Made by a program: the position numbers and the translations under genes. Of a stretch of 64,000 nucleotides of DNA, positions 7,184 through 16,260 are shown piece after piece. A model generated the notes under the pieces. That model saw nothing but the letters and a program-made list of their open reading frames with translations. It was not told the origin of the DNA and did no database searches. Each line of letters starts with the position of its first letter. Position 1 is the first letter of the stretch. The DNA comes from Candidatus Magasanikiibacteriota bacterium (lineage in GTDB: Bacteria > Patescibacteriota > Patescibacteriia > Magasanikbacterales > GWA2-37-8). The stretch covers positions 287 through 64,286 of the forward strand of contig JAUSEN010000029.1 of the NCBI GenBank assembly GCA_030650025.1, read 5' to 3'.

Positions 7184-7741
7184 ATGGCAGAAACAAAAAG
7201 GCGAGCGGTGGTATTATTTGACGGTAGCAATTTTTATTATAAAATGCGTGATCTTAAGATTGGTAATTTAAGCAATTTTGATTATCGTGGTTTATCCGAG
7301 TGGTTAGCGCGGGATAGGGAATTGGTAGCAGTTGGGTATTACATCGGAGTGGTGCGGGCGCAATTGAACGACGTAAAAGGGCAAAAATTACGTTGGGCGC
7401 AAAGAAATTTGTTTAATCGCTTGAATGCTCAAAAGGTTGATGTCCATAAAGGTTATTTAATGAAAAATGATGGCGTGTATCACGAGAAAGGCGTGGATGT
7501 TAAAATCGCGACGGATTTATTGGTGGGCGCTTATGAAAATTTGTATGACGACGCGATCGTAATTTCCTCGGATACGGATTTAATACCGGCGTTTAGCAAA
7601 GTAAAACAGCTTGGCAAGGGCGTAGAGTACATCGGCTTTGGTCATCAGCCCACCCTGGCGTTGCAGAAGTTTTCCACGATCTCACGCCTGTTAGTTTTGG
7701 ACGAGTTAAAGAAGTTTTGTACAGAAGAAAATAAAAAATGA
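7184..7741 (+). CDS. NYN-domain (PIN-like RNase) protein, module B
   Basis: MAETKRRAVVLFDGSNFYYK...KGVDVKIATDLLVGAY...DAIVISSDTDLIPAF is the NYN/LabA-like catalytic core. The start is the ATG at 7184. The GTG at 7157 used in the ORF track lies inside the hairpin. Confidence 0.6.
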   Translation: MAETKRRAVVLFDGSNFYYKMRDLKIGNLSNFDYRGLSEWLARDRELVAVGYYIGVVRAQLNDVKGQKLRWAQRNLFNRLNAQKVDVHKGYLMKNDGVYHEKGVDVKIATDLLVGAYENLYDDAIVISSDTDLIPAFSKVKQLGKGVEYIGFGHQPTLALQKFSTISRLLVLDELKKFCTEENKK

Positions 7742-7771
7742 TTTTTGTTAATTACTAATCTTTCACACACT

Positions 7772-7852
7772 ATGTCCAAAGTATTAGGCATTGACCTCGG
7801 CCCGCCTGCGCTCGCGAGAGCTACGGCGAGGCGAAGCACAACTAATTCTTAA
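7772..7852 (+). pseudogene. Second relic of the dnaK 5' end (10 codons conserved)
   Basis: atgtccaaagtattaggcattgacctcggc encodes [10 protein letters not shown], then diverges ([16 protein letters not shown]). It shares an identical 18-nt stretch, acacactatgtccaaagt, with relic 1 that includes 7 nt upstream of the ATG. Confidence 0.65.
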
Positions 7853-7881
7853 TTTATTTACTTTTAATTTATTACAAAATT

Positions 7882-9795
7882 ATGTCTAAAGTTCTGGGTA
7901 TAGATTTGGGAACAACAAACTCCTGCATGGCCATTATTGAGGGTGGCACGCCCAAGGTGTTAGAAAATAAAGAAGGGGCGCGCACCACGCCCTCTATTGT
8001 CGCGATTTCAAAAGCCGGCGAGCGGTTGGTGGGGCTCTTGGCCAAGCGCCAGGCGGTAACTAATCCGGAAAATACGCTGTTTTCCATCAAGCGTTTAATC
8101 GGCCGCAAATGGGAAGATTCCGAAGTCCAGCGCGACCTTAAGCTGATGCCGTACAAAATCGTCAAAAGCGGGGAAGGCGTTAAAATTTCTATGGGTGGCA
8201 AAGAACACACTCCCGAAGAAATTTCGGCGATGATACTCGGCAAAATGAAAGCCGATGCCGAAGAGCGTTTGGGCGAACCAATTACCGATGCCGTAATTAC
8301 CGTGCCGGCGTATTTTGACGATGCCCAGCGCCAGGCCACCAAAAATGCCGGGGAAATCGCGGGTTTAAACGTACTGCGCATTATCAACGAACCGACCGCG
8401 GCCGCGCTGGCCTACGGGTTTGATAAAAAGAAAGACGAAAAAATTGTGGTCTACGATCTCGGGGGCGGTACGTTTGACGTATCGGTTTTGGAAGTAAGCG
8501 CGGATTCAGTTCAAGTTTTATCTACCAATGGCGACACCCACCTCGGCGGCGATGACTTTGACCAAATCTTAATTCGTTGGATAATTGATGAGTTTAAACG
8601 CCAAGAAGGGATTGATCTCGGCAATGATAAACTCTCCTTGCAACGCATTAAAGAAGCGGCTGAGAAAGCCAAAATAGAACTCTCCACCGCGCAAGAGAGT
8701 GAAATCAATCAGCCGTTTATCACTTCGGATGCTAACGGCCCCAAACACTTGGTGATGAAATTGACGCGCGCCAAGCTGGAAGAATTGGTGGGCGGACTGG
8801 TAGAAAAAACTTTTGGCCCGGTGAAACAAGCTTTGAGCGATGCCAAATTATCGTCTGCTGATATGAATGAAGTGGTAATGGTGGGCGGAATGACGCGTAT
8901 GCCCTTGGTACTCCAAAGCGTGGAAAAATTCTTCAATAAAAAACCAAACATTACCGTGAATCCGGACGAAGTGGTGGCGGTTGGCGCTGGAGTGCAGGGC
9001 GGCGTGTTAAAGGGCGATGTCAAAGACGTGCTCTTGCTGGACGTAACGCCGTTGTCTCTCGGCATTGAGACCATGGGCAGTGTGATGACCAAACTGATTG
9101 AGAAAAATACCACCATTCCAACTTCAAAATCTCAAGTATTCTCCACGGCCGCCGAAAATCAGCCGAGCGTGGAAATCCATGTTCTCCAAGGAGAAAGGCC
9201 CATGGCTCCGGATAACAAAACTCTCGGCCGGTTTATTCTGGACGGCATTCCGCCGGCCCCGCGCGGCGTGCCGCAAGTGGAAGTGAGTTTTGACATTGAC
9301 GCCAACGGCATCTTGAGTGTTAAGGCCAAAGACAAAGCCACCAGTAAAGAGCAGTCCATCCGCATTGAGGGCTCGAGCGGCCTCTCTAAAGAAGAAGTGG
9401 AGCGCATGAAAAAAGACGCCGAAGCCCATGCCGAAGAAGACAAGAAAAAGCAGGAGTTAATTGAGGCCAAGAATATCGCCGATACCATGGTGTATACTAC
9501 CGAAAAAATGATGAAAGACGTGGAGGAAAAGAAAATCACGTTGACTGATGATGAAAAGAAAAACGTTGCCGAGGGTCTGGTGTGGGTTAAAGACGTTAAA
9601 GACAAGGACGATTTAGAACTAATCAAAAAAGCTTCTGAAGCTTTGTCTAAATCCGCGCAAGCTGTTGGCATGAAGATGTACCAGGAAGAGCAGAAGAAGG
9701 GCCCAGCTAGCGGTGCCGCTGGCAGCCAGCCTGAAGGCGAAAAACCAAACGAAGGGCCAATTGAGGGTGAAGTGGTGGATGAGAAAAAATCTTAA
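7882..9795 (+). CDS. dnaK: Molecular chaperone DnaK (Hsp70)
   Basis: 637 aa with the full Hsp70 signatures [16 protein letters not shown] and [11 protein letters not shown], plus a C-terminal acidic tail. Confidence 0.95.
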   Translation: MSKVLGIDLGTTNSCMAIIEGGTPKVLENKEGARTTPSIVAISKAGERLVGLLAKRQAVTNPENTLFSIKRLIGRKWEDSEVQRDLKLMPYKIVKSGEGVKISMGGKEHTPEEISAMILGKMKADAEERLGEPITDAVITVPAYFDDAQRQATKNAGEIAGLNVLRIINEPTAAALAYGFDKKKDEKIVVYDLGGGTFDVSVLEVSADSVQVLSTNGDTHLGGDDFDQILIRWIIDEFKRQEGIDLGNDKLSLQRIKEAAEKAKIELSTAQESEINQPFITSDANGPKHLVMKLTRAKLEELVGGLVEKTFGPVKQALSDAKLSSADMNEVVMVGGMTRMPLVLQSVEKFFNKKPNITVNPDEVVAVGAGVQGGVLKGDVKDVLLLDVTPLSLGIETMGSVMTKLIEKNTTIPTSKSQVFSTAAENQPSVEIHVLQGERPMAPDNKTLGRFILDGIPPAPRGVPQVEVSFDIDANGILSVKAKDKATSKEQSIRIEGSSGLSKEEVERMKKDAEAHAEEDKKKQELIEAKNIADTMVYTTEKMMKDVEEKKITLTDDEKKNVAEGLVWVKDVKDKDDLELIKKASEALSKSAQAVGMKMYQEEQKKGPASGAAGSQPEGEKPNEGPIEGEVVDEKKS

Positions 9796-9806
9796 ACCAC
9801 ACTATT

Positions 9807-10283
9807 ATGTCAGAAATATTTACTCCAGAACAAGAGACAAACGAGTTCCTGCAACGATTCCGGGCGTACATGATAAAAGTAATCGAGGAAACAAACAAAA
9901 CCGGGCCTGGCCATTTTGCGGAGATCAGCGACAGCAAGGAAGAGTATGTCAAGAAGTTTGGCCACAGCGAGATGACCGCAATTTTTTATCTGGCCGGAAT
10001 TTTGCGCGCCTTATCGGCCGACTCAATTGCGGCAACCGGCGTGCAGCATGTTGAGGTTTTAGTTCGGTCCGCCAGCCGCGGCGCGGATGGTTGTGAAAAA
10101 TTATTTGCGTCTTGGTATCGTACAGTGCTTACCCCTCTTACCCAGCTGGGCGATGGAAAAGGCGGATATCTGCCCTGGGAAAATTCGGAGAATCCAGAAG
10201 ATAGCATTTTATTTTTGGTGAACGAAGCCAAGCAGAGGTTGTTGCTAGATGAATTGCCAGAGACAAAAATTATTGAAAAATAA
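9807..10283 (+). CDS. Hypothetical protein inserted between dnaK and dnaJ
   Basis: 158-aa ORF in tight tandem (11-nt gap after dnaK, 15 nt before dnaJ). I recognise no motif. Confidence 0.4.
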   Translation: MSEIFTPEQETNEFLQRFRAYMIKVIEETNKTGPGHFAEISDSKEEYVKKFGHSEMTAIFYLAGILRALSADSIAATGVQHVEVLVRSASRGADGCEKLFASWYRTVLTPLTQLGDGKGGYLPWENSENPEDSILFLVNEAKQRLLLDELPETKIIEK

Positions 10284-10298
10284 CAGACTGAATTTAAA

Positions 10299-11411
10299 AT
10301 GTCCAAAGATTATTATAAATTACTCGGCATAGACAAAAATGCCACCACTGACGAAATAAAAAAAGCCTTTAAAAGGCTGGCTCTTCAGTTTCATCCCGAC
10401 CGCCCGGGCGGAGACGAAAAAAAATTCAAAGAAATTAACGAGGCTTACCAAGTGTTAAGTAATTCGGATAAGCGCGCTAAATACGACCAATTTGGCTCGG
10501 ATTTTGAACAGCAAGGCGGCTTTGGCGGCGGGGCGGGCTGGGAAGATTTTATGCGCGCCGCGCGGGGCGGCCAGGGCGGTGGAAATTCCCACTTTGATTT
10601 TGGCGATTTGGACTTGGGCGATTTATTTGGCGGCGCCTTCGGCGGCGGGGCCGCCTCTGGTCGTCGCGGGCGACCTTCGGCGAGCCGAGGGCGGGATATC
10701 CAAGTTGATGTGGAAGTAGACTTTAAAGAAGCGGCGTTTGGCGTGGAGCGAGAGCTTAGTTTGCGTAAACAAAGCGCCTGCGATGTTTGCCGTGGACACG
10801 GGGGCGAACCAGGTAGCAAACTAGATACTTGTCCCACTTGTAAAGGCCAGGGCCAAGTAATGCAAGTCCAGCGGACATTTTTAGGCGCTATGCAGACTGT
10901 GGTCGCCTGTACGAATTGCGAAGGGCGCGGTCAGAAGCCAGAAAAAAAATGCAAACATTGTGGGGGGTCGGGAGTGCACGCTAAAAATACCAGCGTTAAA
11001 ATAAAAATCCCTGGCGGAATTGATAATGGTCAGGCTATTAAACTAACTGGCCACGGTGAAGCCGCGCCGCATAATGGAGGCGTCGGCGATTTATACGTGC
11101 GTGTCCATATTAGGCCCCATAAAAATTTTACGCGCGAGGGTTTTGATGTTCATAGCCATATTGAAATTAGTTTTGCCGAAGCGGTTTTGGGAGCGCATGT
11201 TAAAATCGAAACGATCGACGGCCCGGCCGAGTTAAAAATTCCCGAAGGCACCGAAGCCGGCCAAGTTATTCGGCTCAAAAATAAAGGCGTGCCGGAACTG
11301 GGGAGGCCTTCCGCGCGCGGCGACCACTATGTCCATGTTAAATTGCGCGTTCCCAAAAAATTGAGCAAAGCGGCGCGACAGGCGCTGGAAAATATTAAAA
11401 ACGAGCTTTAA
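10299..11411 (+). CDS. dnaJ: Molecular chaperone DnaJ (Hsp40, type I)
   Basis: J domain (DYYKLLGIDKNATTDEIKKAFKRLALQFHPDR), a G/F-rich linker, four CxxCxGxG zinc-finger repeats and a C-terminal domain. Confidence 0.95.
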   Translation: MSKDYYKLLGIDKNATTDEIKKAFKRLALQFHPDRPGGDEKKFKEINEAYQVLSNSDKRAKYDQFGSDFEQQGGFGGGAGWEDFMRAARGGQGGGNSHFDFGDLDLGDLFGGAFGGGAASGRRGRPSASRGRDIQVDVEVDFKEAAFGVERELSLRKQSACDVCRGHGGEPGSKLDTCPTCKGQGQVMQVQRTFLGAMQTVVACTNCEGRGQKPEKKCKHCGGSGVHAKNTSVKIKIPGGIDNGQAIKLTGHGEAAPHNGGVGDLYVRVHIRPHKNFTREGFDVHSHIEISFAEAVLGAHVKIETIDGPAELKIPEGTEAGQVIRLKNKGVPELGRPSARGDHYVHVKLRVPKKLSKAARQALENIKNEL

Positions 11412-11415
11412 CAAT

Positions 11416-12633
11416 ATGCGGAAGCAAATTTTTGGAGTTTTATTCTTAACAGTTTTTGGTCTAACATTTTTCTTATCCAGTACCGCCGCCGCGGTCGCGA
11501 GCGCCAATCAAATAAATTTTTCCAAAATAATTTCCGGCTTGCCGGCTCGCCTTAAATTGTATGACTCGGCCGTCATAGCCGGTTCAACGCGCGTTGTGAC
11601 GTATAAAGAAGCGCCGCTGTCTCCGGCCGTGGCCTATCGCGATAATATCAAAACTAGCCAATTGCTCGCCATTTGGAACCGTCTGCTAAAAAGTGGCTTA
11701 ACCAGGCGTTCTAAATTCACGGTTGAACAAAATGGCAGAGAGGTAATTTACCGCGTTAAATTAAGGCTCACTTCGGCGCAAGCCAATGAATTTATCAAAC
11801 TCTACTGGCCGTTTATAGATATCAACGGTTTGACGGCCGCCCAACTTAAAACTTTTAAGCCTAGAGTACGCGGCATTACTTATGCCGAGGTTCAGGTATT
11901 TATTTCTGGTGTAACTAGTTTGCCAACTGGCCTCAAACTGACATGGGTAGTACAGATGGACAAGAAAAAACCAGCGACAGTTCAAAAGGTATCATCATTT
12001 ATTAGTTATTTTAAATTTCCCCAGACTACGCCTCCACCGGCCGCCGCGCCTGCCGCCACCTTTTCAGCCACCACTTCCATTATTAATGTTTTAGCTCCTC
12101 TCAAACAAATCGTCTCGGAAAGCAAAGTAGCCTTTTCTACTACTTCTACTTTTAACAATACTTCTGTGCCCGAGTCTGACGCGCCTCCTCTTTCATCTGT
12201 CATTGTTCAGGCGCCCTCTGGCGCCATGAATTTTAGGGGTGAGGGTGGAGTTACCGCTTCACAAGTCGCGCACCTTGATTCCATTGTTAATCGCGATCAA
12301 CAACGCCTTAACGACCTTGAGGCCATTAAACAAGCCCTGCAATTTTTTTATAAAGATCAAAATTATTATCCTCAAGCCGTTAAAATCAAACTAGGTTCCG
12401 CCGGTTATGCCTGTCTTAATAGTGACGGCTTCAACCAGGCGGATTGCCCTTATCCATACCTTCTGGCCGTTCCCAAAGATCCTTTAGATAACTCGTTTAG
12501 CTATGAGTACAGCGTGGTTTATAATCAAAATAATCTGGCCACAGCGTACCTGGTTCTCGCTAAGCTAGAAGGCCAAACTGATTCTCTTTCCGGATCAATT
12601 AAACTTACTCCGAGTGGCGTAGTAAAAAACTAA
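11416..12633 (+). CDS. Secreted protein with a Sec-type signal peptide. The C-terminal region resembles a pseudopilin (GspG-like) globular domain.
   Basis: N-terminal FGVLFLTVFGLTFFLSSTAAAVASA. The C-terminus ...DCPYPYLLAVPKDPLDNSFSYEYSVVYNQNNLATAYLVLAKLEG recalls the PKDP...Y-x-Y signature of pseudopilins. There is no prepilin cleavage motif. Confidence 0.35.
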   Translation: MRKQIFGVLFLTVFGLTFFLSSTAAAVASANQINFSKIISGLPARLKLYDSAVIAGSTRVVTYKEAPLSPAVAYRDNIKTSQLLAIWNRLLKSGLTRRSKFTVEQNGREVIYRVKLRLTSAQANEFIKLYWPFIDINGLTAAQLKTFKPRVRGITYAEVQVFISGVTSLPTGLKLTWVVQMDKKKPATVQKVSSFISYFKFPQTTPPPAAAPAATFSATTSIINVLAPLKQIVSESKVAFSTTSTFNNTSVPESDAPPLSSVIVQAPSGAMNFRGEGGVTASQVAHLDSIVNRDQQRLNDLEAIKQALQFFYKDQNYYPQAVKIKLGSAGYACLNSDGFNQADCPYPYLLAVPKDPLDNSFSYEYSVVYNQNNLATAYLVLAKLEGQTDSLSGSIKLTPSGVVKN

Positions 12634-12646
12634 TTTTGCGGAGCGT

Positions 12647-13171
12647 ATGGCCGGGAAATCCAAACAAGAGTTTGAGGATTTTTACAATCAACATTTTGAT
12701 AAAATTTATCGTTATGTTTATTTTCGGGTTGGCGCGAACCGCGCCTTAGCGGAAGATCTGGTCTCCGAAGTTTTTTTAAAGGCGCTTGAACATTTTGATT
12801 CTTACGACCCGGCTAGAGGCCAAAGCGCCTGGATTTTTACCATCGCTTCTAACCACCTAAAAAATTATTGGCGAGACCACAAACCCACGGAACCCTTGCC
12901 CGGTGAAGCTCTAAACGCAGGCGAAGAGGGGCACGCTCCCGATAAAGACTGGCTAAAGCCCGCCCTAGCCGCTTTAGAACAGCAGCTCACTCGGGCCGAG
13001 GTTACTAGTCTTGTCGCTCAGCTCGAGAGCCTGTCGGAACGCGAAATTGTAACTTTTCACTATATTTTAGGGTATAATTATAAAGAAATTGCCGATCAGA
13101 AGGGCATGAGCGAGTCCGCTGTCAAAGTGGCCGCGCACCGCGCTCTCAAGAAATTGCGGCAATTTATTTAA
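12647..13171 (+). CDS. RNA polymerase sigma factor, sigma-70/ECF-type (copy 1)
   Basis: Region 2 (FDKIYRYVYFRVGANRALAEDLVSEVFLKALEHFDSY) and region 4 HTH (EREIVTFHYILGYNYKEIADQKGMSESAVKVAAHRALKKLRQ). Confidence 0.8.
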   Translation: MAGKSKQEFEDFYNQHFDKIYRYVYFRVGANRALAEDLVSEVFLKALEHFDSYDPARGQSAWIFTIASNHLKNYWRDHKPTEPLPGEALNAGEEGHAPDKDWLKPALAALEQQLTRAEVTSLVAQLESLSEREIVTFHYILGYNYKEIADQKGMSESAVKVAAHRALKKLRQFI

Positions 13172-13175
13172 AAAT

Positions 13176-13802
13176 ATGCGCTTGATTCATTATAAATTTT
13201 GGAAAATTAGCCGCCATTTAAACGCCTCTAAATCGTTTAAATCTTCGCTTTGGAAAAAGCTCGAGGCGAATTTACCACAGGCTAACTTAATAGCCTATGC
13301 TTGGTTTGAACCGCCTTTTGTTCGCCGCTTAAGTGGCGTAGTAGCCGGGCTTGTTTTAGTTGCTACCAGCCTGACCAACGCTTACGCTTATGTGAGCCCG
13401 GAGGTGGCCGAAGGCGCCCTGCTCTACCCGCTTAAACAAGCTTGGGAAAAAGCCGAAGAAGCAACCAAAATAACTCCGGCCGCGGAAGCCCATTTTTATT
13501 TAAAGAAGCTGGCCCGCCGCGAAGCGGAAAGCGCTGTTTTAGAGCGTCGTCAGAAAAAAGCCACCAAAACCAAGGTTCAACTGGAGTTAATCGAACAACG
13601 TCTGGAAGTTGTTACCGAAAAGCTTGAGAAAGATTCTGACAATGCCAATCAAAAATTAGGCCATGATCTTCGTCAGCGCTTAATCAAGCGTCAAAAATTT
13701 TTGGAAACCAAGTTAAATAAGTTAAACAAAGCGCGATCTAAAAATTTCGTATCAGCCGTGCCCGCTACTCATAAAACTCTAGAAAAGAAACTTCCCGATT
13801 AG
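13176..13802 (+). CDS. Putative anti-sigma factor or membrane partner of ECF sigma (copy 1)
   Basis: It sits 4 nt downstream of the sigma gene. A single TM segment (GVVAGLVLVATSL) is followed by a helical K/E-rich region, the same architecture as the 17030-18292 ORF. Confidence 0.45.
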   Translation: MRLIHYKFWKISRHLNASKSFKSSLWKKLEANLPQANLIAYAWFEPPFVRRLSGVVAGLVLVATSLTNAYAYVSPEVAEGALLYPLKQAWEKAEEATKITPAAEAHFYLKKLARREAESAVLERRQKKATKTKVQLELIEQRLEVVTEKLEKDSDNANQKLGHDLRQRLIKRQKFLETKLNKLNKARSKNFVSAVPATHKTLEKKLPD

Positions 13803-15544
13803 CGCACTATCGCGCCCTTGGCCGCGCCGCGGTCAGTCGCTGGCAAAACATTGCTAAGCGAAGCTCGGCTTAAAGAGAACTCTCGGCCCACGGCGTCATC
13901 CGTGCCGGTAAAAAACATGTCGCGCGCTAAAATCAAGCTACTGCCCGCCTGCTCGGGCGTTGGTATTACTTCCACTTCAAAATAAAGACCAGTGACGCTA
14001 TTGGCCAGAAGCTCATAGTGGCTCCAGCTCACGCGCTGGCTGGTAGTGTCAAATTTCAGAGGCGGTCCTAAAGTGATGCTTTGTTTACCGGTAAACCTTA
14101 CCCCTGAAGGTAAGGTGGCGGCAAACGCGGCGTCGCGAACTTTATTGGTGCTATTATAAATTTGTACCCAGATCCAGTATTTCGTGGCGCTTCCCACTTG
14201 GGGTGGTAAAGGGCCGCGACCCAGCTGGTCGCCCTCGTCAGTATAATACCGGCTCGCTACGGAGAGCTGAACATCGGTCGCTAGTTTTAAGCGCGCGGTG
14301 GTGCCGCCTTGGGCGAAGCGCTGGCCTGAAACTGCCGGCACGCCCGCCTCGATAACCGGAGAAATAACTAGCTCGGTACTGTCTGTTTGGCCGGGCAAAA
14401 AGTGATCAGCCAAATATATATTGATGTTAAAAATGTCGCTAGCTCCGGGTTCGGCAGTGGCCAAGCTTGTCTTGGCTTTACCATCGATAACGAGTTTGCC
14501 GTTCTCAATTTTTAAGTTGTTATTTTTGGCAGTAGCAAAGAGGTCGATTACTCCCGGCGTTGTTTCTAGAATTATTTTCGCGTTAGTTAAGTTAAACGGG
14601 CTGTTATTGCGCCAACTTAATTCTATTGGTAAAACCTGTTTTGGTTCGCCGTAGCTCGGCGGGTTAAGCCAGCGCGTAGCTACGCCTAAGTCTGGGTAAA
14701 TAATCTTAACCCGGGCAGTGGCGGGATTTTGTTTGATTGGATAGTTGTTTATTTCTATTACCGGGCTTACGGTTAAAATCAATTCATCGGGTTTAAGAGG
14801 CGTCATGAGCGAGCCGGTAATTTGTTTAGTTTCACCCGGCGCTAATGCCAAATTGTTCCAATCGGATAGTCGTTCGTTAAGGCCGCGCCAAGATTTTACC
14901 AGATTAATTCGCTCGATTTTATGTTCCGAATTATTTGTCAAGTTAAAAGTATAATTCAAAGCATTAGCCGCGAGCGAGCTGGAGGCTGTTAAAATTTGGC
15001 CGCTTAAAATACTTTCGGGAAGTTTCAGTAAATATGACCCCAGCTTTTGTTCGCGGCGGTCAGTTTTTTCTGGCACGTAAGATAGCGAAGCGATTATATT
15101 TTCTTCAGCGTTGAACTCTGTCCACAGCCAACCGTATAAATCCACGCGGCCGCCGGCCCCGGGTAAAACGTCCGGCAGAGCCACGGTATTTTGTTTAGAA
15201 AAGTACGATTCCGAAGATTGGGTGCGGTCAATCAAAAATCCTTTGGGGAGTCTTAAAGCGAGCGCGGCCTCTTGTAGTATGAACTTACTATTATTAACGT
15301 AGTCCACTGTGAGGTGGACAGCCTCGCCGCTTTTAATGCGGCCGTTTCCGAGAGATAGGGAGAGCGCAATTTGATTTTGTAAACCCGGCTTCCAAAAAAA
15401 TAAAAATATCGCCACCCCCAAAAGCGACACGGCGGCGGCTAAAAGCGCCATGTCAAATACAAACAATTGTTTGGCATGGCGATAAATGCCATGGTATCTT
15501 CGGTGATAATGACGGTTAAGGTGGGTGTTTATTTTTTTAAGCAT
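13799..15544 (-). CDS. Large membrane-anchored extracellular protein (H/R-rich cytoplasmic N-terminus, one TM, roughly 520-aa beta-rich ectodomain)
   Basis: MLKKINTHLNRHYHRRYHGIYRHAKQ...MALLAAAVSLLGVAIFLFFW is followed by an N/T/S-rich ectodomain. It is convergent with 13176-13802 and overlaps it by 4 nt. Confidence 0.45.
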   Translation of the reverse strand: MLKKINTHLNRHYHRRYHGIYRHAKQLFVFDMALLAAAVSLLGVAIFLFFWKPGLQNQIALSLSLGNGRIKSGEAVHLTVDYVNNSKFILQEAALALRLPKGFLIDRTQSSESYFSKQNTVALPDVLPGAGGRVDLYGWLWTEFNAEENIIASLSYVPEKTDRREQKLGSYLLKLPESILSGQILTASSSLAANALNYTFNLTNNSEHKIERINLVKSWRGLNERLSDWNNLALAPGETKQITGSLMTPLKPDELILTVSPVIEINNYPIKQNPATARVKIIYPDLGVATRWLNPPSYGEPKQVLPIELSWRNNSPFNLTNAKIILETTPGVIDLFATAKNNNLKIENGKLVIDGKAKTSLATAEPGASDIFNINIYLADHFLPGQTDSTELVISPVIEAGVPAVSGQRFAQGGTTARLKLATDVQLSVASRYYTDEGDQLGRGPLPPQVGSATKYWIWVQIYNSTNKVRDAAFAATLPSGVRFTGKQSITLGPPLKFDTTSQRVSWSHYELLANSVTGLYFEVEVIPTPEQAGSSLILARDMFFTGTDDAVGREFSLSRASLSNVLPATDRGAAKGAIVR

Positions 15545-15693
15545 ATTTTATCTTAACTTTACTTTTTCTGTCATTCTGAATACCTATATTATACTCGCTC
15601 TAAAAGCAAAATGTCAAAAAACCCCAAGCCGTAGCCAAGGGGTTTAAAACAATTAAGTTTAGTTATGTTAATTATCATTATTTCTTGATATTT

Positions 15694-16029
15694 TTATTCT
15701 GCAGGCACGGCTTTAGGTTTAGATAAAGATTTGGGGTTAGGGGAGTAGAGGGGGTTTTTAATCTTCCAGCGATCCACATACTGGCCAATTCCTCTTTTTG
15801 CCAGTTTGTTTCGTATCGTAATATTACGTTGCGACCATTTAATTAAGCTTTCAAAGTTAAGTTTATAGCGCCCTGATACCACTACATAAGTAACTTCTTG
15901 GGCTTTAATCGCGCGCCTGATAGTTTGGTTATTAACACCAAACAATCTGGCCGCTTCTGACACAGAAATTCTGATCATTTCCTTAGAATCTACGTTATTT
16001 TGTTGATTTTCGACCATATTTAACCGCAT
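15694..16029 (-). CDS. Helix-turn-helix DNA-binding protein (excisionase/MerR-like HTH family)
   Basis: ISVSEAARLFGVNNQTIRRAIKAQEV is a typical excisionase-family HTH. It is a small basic protein transcribed divergently from the operator array. Confidence 0.55.
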   Translation of the reverse strand: MRLNMVENQQNNVDSKEMIRISVSEAARLFGVNNQTIRRAIKAQEVTYVVVSGRYKLNFESLIKWSQRNITIRNKLAKRGIGQYVDRWKIKNPLYSPNPKSLSKPKAVPAE

Positions 16030-16048
16030 TTAACTTTAATTATATATT

Positions 16049-16071
16049 TTTGTATACTGTAGTCTATACAA
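16049..16071. repeat. Operator/iteron repeat 1: TTTGTATAC, 5 nt spacer, TCTATACAAA (8-bp inverted half-sites)
   Basis: One of three near-identical 23-bp elements with TTTGTATA / TATACAAA half-sites. Confidence 0.65.
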
Positions 16072-16143
16072 TTATAGCAAAGTTAGATTAAAAAGTCAAG
16101 CCTTTCTAATAAAAGAGCTTATTAAAAATTTTATATTACTAAG

Positions 16144-16167
16144 TTTGTATACAACAATCTATACAAA
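16144..16167. repeat. Operator/iteron repeat 2 (same motif)
   Basis: TTTGTATACaacaaTCTATACAAA, 95 bp after repeat 1. Confidence 0.65.
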
Positions 16168-16236
16168 TTTAGTAATTTTTAGTGATTATTTACCTAAATT
16201 TGGCTAAGAATAAGCTTAAATGAACAAAGTATTTAA

Positions 16237-16260
16237 TTTGTATACACTAATCTATACAAA
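16237..16260. repeat. Operator/iteron repeat 3 (same motif)
   Basis: TTTGTATACactaaTCTATACAAA, 93 bp after repeat 2. Confidence 0.65.

Noticed and set aside
7127-7852. Reading the hairpins after each dnaK relic as integron attC sites, giving an integron-like cassette array.
   Set aside because: There is no integron integrase or attI in the window. The stem-loops lack the R''-L''/L'-R' core organisation of attC and look like ordinary terminator or leader structures.
15612-15650. A CCCC...GGGG element flanked by an A-run and a T-run between the HTH gene and the 581-aa gene, as a possible terminator.
   Set aside because: Only a 4-bp stem can form, which is too weak to call confidently.
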